From Felis catus (Eukaryota), in contig NC_058383.1 in assembly GCF_018350175.1 (NCBI RefSeq), positions 9,736,001 to 9,800,000 on the forward strand: 64,000 nucleotides of DNA. Direction: 5' to 3'. The notes under the pieces were generated by a model. The model ran no database searches. It was not told where the DNA came from and was given only the letters and a program-made list of their open reading frames with translations. Positions within the stretch are counted from its first letter, which is position 1; every line of letters starts with the position of its first letter. A program made the translations under genes and the position numbers. Of this stretch, positions 38,836-50,455 are shown in pieces.

Positions 38836-41800
38836 CCCCCCAGCAAGATTTTTGACTTAAGAACTGTGAGGAACTTGGAGGAAGGAGAAGACGGGGCATC
38901 CTAGACAGGAGAGGGGAGTGCACACAGTAGGGAGCACTGACAAGGAGGTCTGCTTGGCGAGATCTGAGCAGACAAGGCCTTCATCCATCAGTTCGTCTGG
39001 GTACCAGGCATAGTATGTGTGCTCACGGGGGAAATGGCCAGATAACATGGTCCCTGCCCTCACGGAGATCACTGGCAGGTGGGGAAAGACACCAAGCAAA
39101 TGAACAAACAAGGGAATTTCAGCTTGCGATAAGAGCCTCTACAGGAAATAACCAGGGTGGTTAATCTTGGTAAAGAGATACTGCAGGACAAGGGATGGGG
39201 AGATGCCGTAGATTAGACGGGCTGCCTAGGAGGTGACATTTGAACAGCCTGGAGAGGGAGGAAAAGCCAGCCTTGCAGATGGAAGAGCTTCCAGGCATAA
39301 GGAGCGTCAGCGACAGAAAGACTTAGAAATGCCCAAGGAACAAAAAGACAGCAGTGTGGTTGGACTGGGCGGGCTGCATGAAAGCACGGACTTCATTCCG
39401 TGTGCACACGGTGACCAGCTCTGAGCGGGGGCGTGACCTCACCCGCGTTCATACAGATCACTCTGGTTGCTGGGTGCAGAGCAGCTTGGGAAGGGCCGGT
39501 ACGGTGGGGACCCTATCTCAGTGGCCCAGTGGGGACATCCTAGTGGTTTGGGCTGCGGAGGAGGCAGAGGAGTGGAGAGAAGCAGAGGGGCCAGGGGGTG
39601 GGAAGGGCCCAATGGTCGATGTTTGGATGGAAACTCAGAGGCAAAGGCTCATTAAGGAGGACTCGGAGGGACACGGGGAGAGAAATACACGGGTGGGCGT
39701 GCTGGCGGAAGTTGGGAGTGCAAAGCCACAGGCTTAGTTGAGATCATTAAGGAGGGAGGGCAAGTGGATAGAGATCTGGGGACGAGCCACCAAAGAAACC
39801 AGGGGACCAGGCGTCAGGGGTGGGAGGCGAGAGGCAGGCTGCTGACGGGGGCACAGTGTGGGGAGCCGAACTGGGTTGGAATCCTGGCCCCACCTGCTGT
39901 TGCCTGTGCTACTTTGGACAACTCGGCTCGGAAAATGTGGGCTCAGATTCCCCGCCTTCCAGGGCTGAAGGGGAGGATCAGAAGCAAATCTCCTGAGCGC
40001 AGCGCTCCGGGCCAGCTCTGCTGACAGCAGTGATGACCGTGCTACTATTCTTTCTGATCCAGAGAAGATTTAAAAAGACTTGATGTGGGACACCATGCAT
40101 TCTTAGTGCGAAGGCACCCAGTGCGCAAAGCCACGTTTCATCTTCTGCACCTTGATCGTCCTTCCTCCGAGCTGTCATGACCTCACCTGGGTTCTGAACC
40201 CTGCCGCCCTGGCTCAGGCTCCGCGTCCCGGCCATGAACTCAAGCTGTGCCCTCCTCTCCCGTGACTGCTGCAGCGCCCTCCTGCGCTCCGTGCGTCCCC
40301 GGTGTCTTACCCTCTCCTCACCCATCACCAGCCTGGTCCTCCCCAGAGGACCCCTTTCTGCCCTGCGTCTCGGCATCGGGCACTGGGGAGGAAGGTTCTC
40401 CCAGCCCTGTGTTGGCTGAGCCCAGTTCGTGGAGGCCATCTCAGGGGTGCAGGCTGGTTGGGGGAAGGATGAGACCTGAGACCAACTTGCAGGTGTGAAA
40501 AGCGCCCTTCCTCTGGTCTGTTTCCCTCAGGCTCCAAACCACATGAGGGGAAGCACACTGTAAGGTGTCAACAGCTCCCAGCCCGTCCCCAGGCCGCTGG
40601 CGGCCACCAGCTGTGCCTTTGCTCAGCCACCTGCACCCCACGTGCTCTTGGCATTTACTTTCTCTCCCTTCCTTCTATCTCACTTTCTGCTTTCCCCTTC
40701 TGCTGCCCCGCCTGGTCTCACATTTCCGTCCGTGTGCCACCGGGCAGGGGCCCCTGCGGTCCCTCGCTTTGGGACCTGCCGCCCCGACCCTGCCACATCT
40801 TCTCTGCCCGGCCCCGCCATGGAACCTTTGCGAGCCAGCCCAGCCTTGGCAGCCCAAGCACGGGGCCCCTGCCAGGAGCTGCGTGCGTGGCCGGACAGTG
40901 CCCAGCTGGCCCCCAGAGGCTGAGCCCAGGCCCCGCTTCCCGCAGCAGCAAGGCCCCACGGTTCTCCATTGGGTGCAGCCTGGCCGAGGCTACCCTAAAG
41001 GAGCAGAGGAAGGGGCTGGAGAAGGAGAAGGAGGCGCTTGGGAGAATGTCCCCCTTCCTGCGGTGCCTGCTGATAGTTGGCTTTCCGGAACCAGCTCGGG
41101 ACCCACGGGCCAGCTGGGCCAGGAAGCGGTGCACAATGCTGCTCTTTCAGGGGGGACTCTGCGTGGTCGCAGGTCTTGTGTGACTCCAGGGAAATCCGGA
41201 GTACAGCCTGTTCTCAGAGGACGTTCTCTAACCTAGACCGGAGGTGAGAAATCGAACCCCGACTTCTCACTCTCTGTCCTGGGAGGGTCCCCGCAGGCAT
41301 CACCTGGTTCCTGATGATTTCTTGCAGGGAGAGTCTGGGGAGGGGAGGGAAAGGGAAAAGATTTTCTCAAGGAACCATGAATCATTGCGTACCTGGTGCT
41401 TTTTAGAGGGGGAGCCTGGGAAGCAATCCACTCCTTAATCACTTGATGGTTTATTAAGGCTCTGCACCTGCCTTAGCAGCTGTGGGCCCTCGAGGGAAGC
41501 AGGCAGGTCCTTGCCCTCGGGAGTTTAATCTCGGTGGGGAGGTGAGACAACATACCAAGTGTCAAACTCTAAGAAAAATTGGAATTCAAGAAGAAGGTTG
41601 GAAAGAACTTATTGGCCAGAGTGGCCTGGCTGATCTAAAGGACGGTAAAGTTTGGTCTGCCCTGGGAAGACGGGCAGAATTTGGAATGTAGAAGGAAGCA
41701 GAGCATGTGTGGCATGAAATTTTACAGAACTACAGGAAAGTCGTCGTTGTAGCTGGGAACTTCTGTCCTGGAAACATCCTGGTGTCCGACGTTCCGAGGA

Positions 41801-42177
41801 CCCCGGAGGACCCACAGCCTGCCATGATGAGCCCAGAATGCTGAGGCTCAGCCCTGCCAACGAGCCCAATAAACCTCTGGCTCAGAAACCGGGCGGCCTG
41901 CCTACAGCCGTGGGCCGGGCTCTCTGGGGCACTTGTATGTTAGGGAAGCATTGGTCGGGGAACTTGGGGCATGTGGGCCACAGTAATGGAAAACTCCAGT
42001 GAGCTGCCCGGGGCAGCCTCCACAGGGGCAGGCAGGGCTTGCGGAGGTCAGGGAGCTGTTGGTTTGGGCAGAAACTTCATTCCGCAGCCCAACGCCAGGC
42101 TGGGCCCTTGGTCAGTGTCCTAGACTCGTACTGGGGGCTGCGACTATATGTGCACATGGAAATTGTTCCACGCTTTC

Positions 42178-42397
42178 CTTTTTTTTTTTTAAGTTTATTT
42201 ATTTTTGAGAAAGAGGGAGAGAGAGAGTGCACACTTATGAGTGGGGGAAGGACAGAGAGAAGGAGACGGAGAATCTCAAGCAGGCTCCGCATTGTCAACG
42301 TACAGCCTGATGGGCTGCTCAGTCTCACCAGTCTGAGCTCGTGACCTGAGCTGAGATCAAGAGCCAGACACTTAACTGACTGAGCCACCCAGGTGCT
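42178..42397 (-). mobile_element. CanSINE
   Basis: Antisense body. Confidence 0.82.
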
Positions 42398-43055
42398 GCT
42401 GAGTAGTGTTTTATGTGTGAGTTGATCCTGCATAGAGTTGGAACCGTCCCCTCCCTCATTCTGAACACTATACTCCTTTTCATACAGCCAGAGCTCAGAT
42501 TTGCCTTTTGACCAATCACATCATAGTGTCGCTTGCAGTCAGTTAGCAGGCAAATAAAACACCTAATTTATTTCACAAGGGCTGATTTGAATCCTGCTTC
42601 CCCTGTGCCGGAGAGTTAGATCTAAATATAGGAAATCTCTTTGGTACCTACTGGGTTGCATATTGGGAAATGTTACTGTGGAAAGCATTTGGATTCTGAT
42701 TCTGTGTTCCTGATGTGGAGGGCCATGTCTGCTATGGGGATGGTGACTCGGGGGCTGAGCTAGAGCCGCATCGCAGAGTCCGGTTCTCACTCCACTCATT
42801 GGAGTGGCCTTGGGCAACCTACTTGGCCGTGGTTTCCTCATCTGTGAAATGGGCGCGGTTAATACTAATACTCACCTACTTGGAGGCTATAGAATTAGGA
42901 GATTTTAATAAGATAATTAACACAAAATGTCTATTATTAGCACGGGGCCTGGGAGCAAACGCTCATTAGCTTGTAACTCATTAGCTAGTAACTTGATGAT
43001 TATAACCACTGCTGTTTCCGGTTCACGTCCTCCTTCTTTTAAAAATGACTGTTTA

Positions 43056-43289
43056 GGGGCGCCTGGGTGGCGCAGTCGGTTAAGCGTCCGACTTCAGCCA
43101 GGTCACGATCTCGCGGTCCGTGAGTTCGAGCCCCGCGTCGGGCTCTGGGCTGATGGCTCGGAGCCTGGAGCCTGTTTCCGATTCTGTGTCTCCCTCTCTC
43201 TCTGCCCCTCCCCCGTTCATGCTCTGTCTCTCTCAGTCCCAAAAATAAATTTAAAAAAAGAAAAAAGAAAAAAAAGTTGAAAAAAAAAA
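43056..43289 (+). mobile_element. Young felid CanSINE, perfect 15-bp TSD
   Basis: TAAAAATGACTGTTT at 43040-43054 and 43290-43304. Confidence 0.95.
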
Positions 43290-44115
43290 TAAAAATGACT
43301 GTTTCTCACCCCAAAGGTGCCCTCCTCTGCAGCATCTTCGATGCTCCCCTGCTGTGTCCCCTGTACCTGGGAGCTCCTATCGGCCAGTCCTGTTTTTAGA
43401 GCCCACCTTCCACTGGGCTCTTGGCATTTTAATTTCTGTCATTTTGGCCGAGGCTTCACTCCCTCATTTCTCTGTTGTCACTAGCTTCCTCCCGCGTCTC
43501 CCTACCTCCAGGTTCCGTCCTCTTCTGCCTGTGGCCTTCACACCCCTGCCGCTTCCCCACCGGCACCCAGCACCGCCTCCCTCTCTGGCTCCCCGTCCCC
43601 ACCCACGCAGCCTGCGCGCTCTCTGGTTGCCTGTCCTCTGTGACCCTGACCTAGACGGCCCCTCCACAGTCCAGAGCTGTCACGATGGCTCAGGGCTGGG
43701 ATCCAGCTGACCAAGATTGGCAGTGAATAGCATGACCTCAGGCAAGCTGCTTGGCCTTCCTGTGCAACAGTCATAGGTGCCCCTGAGTTCGAATGAGGCA
43801 TAACTGAGAGAAGTAGGTAAATTGCAGGGATAATTACAGCACCTGGGACAGGTCACCACCTTCTTCCTCTAAGCGGTGTCCTCCTGGAGCAGTGTCATGA
43901 TTTCCAGGGGCTTCTGCCTCCTGTCAATGTTTAGAGCACAGAACATGTGCGGTGTGCAGCCAACACACAAACACATACAGGATCTGTAGTTCCAGACTCA
44001 TGGTATATTATTTTAAGGGAATTGTAAGGTGTTGGGTTTTCTTATTGTTGCAAGCAAGACTCATAGTGACCGTGAGCTTGGGCACTTGGTCAGTACAGTT
44101 TAAAGACGTATTTGT

Positions 44116-44680
44116 GGGGGCGCCTGGGTGGCTCAGTCGGTTAAGCGTCTGACTCTTGGTTTCGGCTCAGGTCACGATCTCACGGTTTGTGGTTCAGGCT
44201 CCGCATCGGGCTCCGCACTGGCAGTGCAGAGCCTGCTTGGGATTCTCTCTCTCCTACTCTCTCTGCCCTTCCTTTGCTTGTGCTTTTATTCTCTCAAAAT
44301 AAATAAAATTTTTAAAAAATTAAAACACTTAGAAGAAAACGTAGGAGTCTACCAGTATAATCCAGGGGCAGGGAAAACCTTAAGTACACGCAGAAGCGGT
44401 CAAAGTTGAGGTGAGCATACTTAACTATGTAAGGCAGTCGAGCCGCCTGGTTGGCTCAGTCGGTTGAGCCTCTGACTTTGGCTCAGGTCATGAGTTCGTG
44501 AGTTCTAGTTTGTGAGTTCTAGCCCCGCGTCAGGCTCTGTGCTGACAGCTCAGAGCCTGGAGTCCGCTTTGGGTTATGTACCTCCCTCTCTCTCTTCCCC
44601 TCCCGCTTGTGCGCACGCTCTCTCTCTCCCTCTCTCTCTCTCTCTCTCAAAAATAAATAAACATTAAAAAAATTAAAAAA
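44116..44680 (+). mobile_element. Two CanSINEs (~44116-44325, ~44440-44680)
   Basis: Heads and tails. Confidence 0.88.
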
Positions 44681-44921
44681 CAAACTATCTAAAGCAGCCG
44701 ACAACCATGAGCACATGTAAGGAAATACTCAGAACTCACTAGCAGTCAGTGAAATACAAAATACAGTCACAGTGAAGCGTCACCATACCCATAAGACCAG
44801 CAAAAATGGTGATGGTGGGGATGCTTTTGTACACTGTCAGTGGGAATGTGAACCATTAAGGTCTTTTCGGAATGCAACATGGCAAGCTTATCTGGATCCT
44901 GATTAGAAGAAATGCAAGAAA

Positions 44922-45161
44922 GGGGCGCCTGGGTGGCGCAGTCGGTTAAGCGTCCGACTTCAGCCAGGTCACGATCTCGCGGTCCGTGGGTTCGAGCCCC
45001 GCGTCGGGCTCTGGGCTGATGGCTCAGAGCCTGGAGCCTGCTTCCGATTCTGTGTCTCCCTCTCTCTCTGCCCCTCCCCCGTTCATGCTCTGTCTCTCTC
45101 TGTCCCAAAAATAAATAAACGTTGAAAAAAAAAATTAAAAAAAAAAAAAAAAAAAAAAAGA
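44922..45161 (+). mobile_element. Young felid CanSINE, perfect 17-bp TSD
   Basis: AGAAGAAATGCAAGAAA at 44905-44921 and 45162-45178; long A tail. Confidence 0.95.
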
Positions 45162-45256
45162 AGAAGAAATGCAAGAAAGTTTTCCTGTTTTCACACAACA
45201 GGGAAATCTGAACACCTAACTAACCATTTGATGATACTAAGGAATTATCCTTATAT

Positions 45257-45714
45257 ATTTTTTTAAATTTTTATTTATTTTTGAGAGAGAGAGGGGGGAG
45301 GAACAGAGAGAGGGCGACAGGATCCGAAGTGGGCTCCACGCTGACAGCAAAGAGCCCACTGTGGGCTCGAACTCACAACCCTGCAAGACCACGACCTGAG
45401 CCAAAGTCGGACACTCAACCGACTGAGCCACCCAAGCGCCCCCATCCTTAAAAGTTTAGGTGTGATAATAGTATCATGGTTTAATTTTAAATTTTTTTTT
45501 AATTTTTTACATTTATTTATTCTTGAGACACAGAGAGAGACAGAGCACAAGCGGAGGAGGGGCAGAGAGAGAGAGTGAGACACAGAATCCGAAGCAGGCT
45601 CCAGACTCTGAGCTGTCAGCACAGAGCCCGCCGCGGGGCTCGAACCCACGAGCTGTGAGATCATGACCTGAGCCCAAGTCGGATGCTCAACCGACTGAGC
45701 CACCCAGGTGCCCC
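45257..45714 (-). mobile_element. Two antisense CanSINEs (~45257-45443, ~45486-45714)
   Basis: Antisense bodies. Confidence 0.9.
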
Positions 45715-45855
45715 GGTTTAATTTTTAAATTGTTCTTTTTTTTTTTTTTCCGTAAGAGATTCATCCTGAACTGTTACTAGTGAAATGATATAATGCCTGG
45801 GATTTTACTTCAGATAATCCAGAGAGCAAGGGCGTCAGAGGCTGACAGGAGAAAG

Positions 45856-46095
45856 CAAGGGTCAGCATACTTAACAGGCACTGGCCGAATCCCCACCACT
45901 GCCTGGTTTTTGTGCATAAAGTTTTATTTGGAACGCAGCCACACTCATTTGGTTATGTATTTGTTTAGTATCTCTGAGGCTCGTTTCGTGCTCCAACTTT
46001 TGCAAAATTGAGGACTTTCAGCAGAGAGCCATGTGGCCCACAAAGCCTGAAATACCCACTAACTGGCCCTTACAGAAAATGTTTGTGACCCCCTG
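45856..46095. mobile_element. MER58A-like hAT-Charlie element
   Basis: ataaagttttatttggaacgcagccacactcatt...ggcccacaaagcctgaaata...tacagaaaatgtttg..accccctg. Confidence 0.8.
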
Positions 46096-47355
46096 GTCCA
46101 TAAGGAAGTGGATTTGGCTGCAAGTTCATAAAGGTTGACACTGGGGGCTGTGGGGGCCATGTTTGTCTATGTTGGGATCTTTCCATAATGGCAGATTTAA
46201 AAAGAAAAATCACAACACTTTGACCCAGTGTATCCCACTCCTGGAAATCTACCCATTGGGAATGAAGGCATCAATATGTATAAGCATGCTTACTAAAATG
46301 GTTTACAGTGGTTAAAAAAGTTTTTTGATGGCCTGCCAGCACGGGAATGCTTGTATAAATCATGCCCACCCACACCATGAAATATTATACTGTCTCTTTA
46401 AAGAATGAGCTAGAATTTTACCATGCCGCTTGGAGAATTTTTCATAAGATGTTTTCAAGTGAGAAAAGGAGGATGTTGGAAAGTCTGTGCTCGGTGATCG
46501 CGTTTCTATAGAACAGTGGCAGAATTAACCCCTTTGGTAGGGAGGGGTGTGTATGTGTGTGTGTGTGTGTGAGATGCATAACATGTTAACGTGGCTTAGG
46601 GTCAAATGCCAACTATGGAAAAGCACAGCAAAACAGAAAAAGGAGAAAAACTGTACTTAAGCAGCCTCCATGATAGGATCCCATTTCGTCTTTCCGTAAG
46701 TTGTATCCGTAGGTACACACGATTTGCTGAATTCCAAAGGGAGTTACAATTTTTAACACAACTGGAAAGGAGTGGGTATTGTTAATGCCTTGTAAGTAAG
46801 GAAATAAAAGGGAATTTGGTTAGGGTTGGAAGATGCCCAGGAGTGGGAAAACAAGAAGTTCCAGTGACCCCGCCGCAGACCTGGGCTGGCTAGGGAAGCC
46901 TCCGTGGAAGGCTCTCCTGGTGAGAGAGGGGCGGCTGGGTGGCCTTTGGGCCGCAGCCGCTCCCTGAGCTCAGTGCCTCTTCCTCCTCCTCCCGGAGAAA
47001 TAATGTTTCCCTGAGGGATGAAAAGCATCCCTTTGTGCAGGCTTTAATTGCCACGCTGTTGTATCGAGTGAATGAGTGGCAGGCGGGCACAGCAGCTGGG
47101 CACAGCCAATGCCAGGCAGCAAAGCCCGCTGTCTTAGGACAGCCTGGGCCAGCTGGCCTGGGAGCGTTGCCCATCTCTGCCCCCCACAGCCCCACCTCCT
47201 CCAACCCGGACCCTGGTCCCGGAGGGGTCCTCCGAGCACTGGGGAGGAGTCACTGGAGGGAGAGAAAGGGGTGGGGCGCCTGGGAGGGTCTCAGACACTC
47301 TAGAAGCTTATTCATCTCAGCCTCCTTTCCCCTCCCCCTCCCTCTTGTTTTTCAG

Positions 47356-47419
47356 ACTGTCAGCATCAATAAGGCCATTAATACGCAGGAAGTGGCTGTA
47401 AAGGAAAAACACGCCAGAA
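47356..47419 (+). CDS. HIP1: HIP1 exon 2 (TVSINKAINTQEVAVKEKHAR), 64 nt, ANTH lipid-binding motif
   Basis: Acceptor ttgtttttcag; translation matches recalled HIP1; K-x9-K-x-K-H ANTH signature; ends at U12 donor ATATCCTT. Confidence 0.97.
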
Positions 47420-50021
47420 ATATCCTTTTGGATGTTGTTTGGAAGACTGACCCCAAGGAGGGTCAAGTTGTGGGGACTGAGGTCAGGGCGAGGCATCCTT
47501 ACTCAGCTGCAGGAAGGGGAACCCCCACATTGGCCAGGCCTCCTGCAGGGTTTGAGAAGCTCGGTTGGCAGCAGCTGGCCTTCGAGACCACAGCTCATCA
47601 TGAAGGGACCCAAGGACCCCGCCCGGCCTAGGACTTGAGCTCCTCAGAACTGCCAAGTCCCTTGACATTACTTTCTTTTGAGAGATTTTCTTGGACCACA
47701 GGAGTGATTTTTCACCTGTGTCCTCAAAGCACTTCAGGCCCTGCACTTGGCCCATAGGGCCACACTGACCACCCCCTTGGGAACACGATCGTCTCCCCTT
47801 CTCTGATCATGAAACCCAAGCAAAAGGTCTCGGCTGCAATGGTTGGCCTTACGAAAGTTCAGGGGCTCCACCAGGGAAATAAGATCCACCTGTGTGGGCC
47901 AGTTCACCCCAAAAGCAGCAGGGGTGAAGAAGACAAGGACCCCAAGGTGGCTTAGGGAGCTGGTGGCTTGGAGGTTCTCACCAATCGCACCCCCTGGCCC
48001 CCACGCCAAGTTTGGACCTGGGCCACTACCATCATGGGTCGTGTCTTCGGAGAGAAGCGCAGGCAGCCTCCTGGCTGATGGGTCCCTTGGGATCTGCCCT
48101 TGAGGTATAGAGACCAAGAGCTGGAGGGCTGATCCTCAAAGGCCAAAGGAGAGGCTGCTGGTGTGTGCGGCTCGGGGCGAGTGGAGGCTGGGACGAACAG
48201 CTCCTTCTTGCCTGGGCTCATCGCGGTGGCAGGGACACAGCCAGTCAGCTCAAAACCGCTCATCCTGAAGCCGTCCCATCTCAGCCCCTTAAGGTGGCGG
48301 AAGAAGCCCCGGACTGCCGGTGCGATGCCCCACACCTGTCAAGCCCCTGGGACGTGTTGCTAAAAGCACGTGCTGCTCCTACTGGCGGAAACGCAGCTTG
48401 TGTTTGGCGGGAAGATACTTTGGTTGGATTTAGGGTTTAGCTGCGGGATGGGGGCTCTAGAACTTTGCCCAGGTACCCCAGAAGCCTGGCTCAACAGTGA
48501 GCCTAGTGAGACCTTGTAGACCTTGCCCTTTTATCCCCACAAAGGCACAGTCCCCTTGCTCTACTGAGTCGAGAAAAGCCTTCATTGTAAGTGGCCCAAC
48601 TGCTGGCCCCGCCCTGCCCAAAATACTGATCAGTCCGAATGAGACAGGAAATAAAGAGAGAGATAGTTTTCAGAGACTAGTGTGCTCCAGATGGGGGACT
48701 GGCGGGGCCACATCACACCCTCTCGGGAAGGCTGCCTGGGGTGATGGAAGGGACACCAGGAGATTCTGGAATCCCTCCTCTACAGCAGTCTGGCTTGCTC
48801 TGGAGCCTCCAGTGGGTCCAGCGGGGGAGCCTCCAAGAGACTTCGTCCCCTTGTCTGTCACATGAAAGACCTGGGCCAAAGAAGATTTGAAACGTCTAAT
48901 GTTCCAGCTGTAACATTCTGTGAGTCTCTCTGATTCACCATTAAGAGGTGGATAAACATTGAAAGGGTAATTCCATAGGGTAGGGTTTTAAAGCCTAAAG
49001 ATATCACACAACCTTTATTCTTTATTGATTTTTTTTAAAGGACTGTCAGCTACCCTCAATAACAATTGAATAAGCATTTGGAAGGCTGACGTCAGAAATG
49101 CTGTTCAGACAACCATTTATCCTTAGGTGCCTAACTGCGCCCGCCCCCACCGCGGCATCCGCTCCTAGAGGGCTGGCGACTGAGTCTTAACTTTTTTTTT
49201 ATATCCCTGAGTGCCTTTTATAGTGCCTGACACGCAATGGGTGCATTAAAATGCTTATGAAATCAAAGGACAGAAAGGTCTCCTTGCCTCTTTCAAAGTC
49301 AGGGTGGCTGGCTAGCTCTCTGCAGAGGGGTTGGGAGCTATCTACCGCTCCTCTTGGCTTCTGTCTAGCCCGAGGGGGCTGTACTTGAGGGGAGACTGTA
49401 GTCATTGCAGAAATCACTCTAAGACCAAAAGCTGACTTCAGCTTCTTAGACCCAGAAGTCTGTGTTCAAGCTCATCCCCTCTCGAAATGTAAATTTCAGT
49501 CTGGGGAAGGAACTTTATGATACCTTCCAGCTCAGAAGCAAAACAACATGTGTTCTGGATGAGTCATGTAGTTCCCTGACCCGAGGCAAGTTTTTCTGGC
49601 CTGCTTGGCACCTTGCTTCTTACCTAAGCTTTGACAAAGAAGCCTGTAGTTCTGGGGAAAGACCTGCACTTGGGGGTTGATGGTGCCTAGGAATTGGGTG
49701 TGTGAGGCCTATTTAAACGAACAATTACGAAGGAAGTGTGGACATCCCCTACTGAGCCCAAAGGGGCTCACGAATTCCACATACAGAGAATTCAGAGTAT
49801 TGGGAGATTAATGCATCCCTGGTTGAGGCCAGGCAGCTTTGCAGAAGCGGTGGGGTGTACGAGTCATTTTAGGTTTTGGGGGACAGGCTTCCAATGTGGT
49901 CAATGGTATTGTAACAGTGTCGTATGGCGATAGGTTGCTAGTGGCCTGTTGCAGCCTCCACCCCAGGGATTGGCTGCCCGAGGCAGGGCCCGTGCCTTTG
50001 TTTTCCATGACCCTCCCTCAC
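47420..50021 (+). other. HIP1: U12-type (minor spliceosome) AT-AC intron, HIP1 intron 2
   Basis: Begins ATATCCTTTT; branch-site-like TTTTCCATGAC at 50001-50011; ends ...CTCAC; the junction AGA A|CG TGC restores R-T-C-I-L-G. Confidence 0.95.
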
Positions 50022-50164
50022 CGTGCATCCTGGGCACCCACCATGAGAAAGGGGCACAGACCTTTTGGTCTGTTGTCAACCGGCTGCCCCTCTCTAGCAA
50101 CGCTGTCCTCTGCTGGAAGTTCTGCCATGTGTTTCACAAACTCCTCCGAGATGGACACCCAAAC
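50022..50164 (+). CDS. HIP1: HIP1 exon 3 ((T)CILGTHHEKGAQTFWSVVNRLPLSSNAVLCWKFCHVFHKLLRDGHPN), 143 nt
   Basis: ANTH-domain sequence matching HIP1; AC acceptor, GTGAGT donor. Confidence 0.97.
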
Positions 50165-50398
50165 GTGAGTTCTTGGGGCTGCAGGGGTGACCAGGGAGCC
50201 CGGGGCCCATGTGGGGAAAGTGGGATCGCCTGGGGCACAGGGGCCGCTGGCCACTCCCTCCCTGAGGGCCTTTTGGTTACTGGTGAGAGGAGGGCTTGTC
50301 TGTCTGGTCAGCCTCCCTGCCTGCCCCAGCCCCATCTTCTGCCATCCTCTGTCTCCTTGCCTTCTCGTCTCTCATCAGCGGATCCCTTCCCTCTCCAG

Positions 50399-50455
50399 GT
50401 CCTGAAGGACTCTCTGAGATACAAAAATGAACTGAGTGACATGAGCAGGATGTGG
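50399..50455 (+). CDS. HIP1: HIP1 exon 4 (VLKDSLRYKNELSDMSRMW), 57 nt
   Basis: cccttccctctccag acceptor, GTGAGT donor, frame continuous. Confidence 0.97.

Noticed and set aside
40565..41236. 223-aa ORF in a GC-rich intronic patch
   Set aside because: Non-ATG start, no recognisable homology, no convincing splice sites.
43056..43140. tRNA-like A/B boxes in SINE heads
   Set aside because: tRNA-derived CanSINE heads followed by SINE body and tail; not tRNA genes.
46939..47631. 230-aa ORF containing exon 2
   Set aside because: Starts at GTG with no in-frame ATG before exon 2; only 47356-47419 is HIP1-like.
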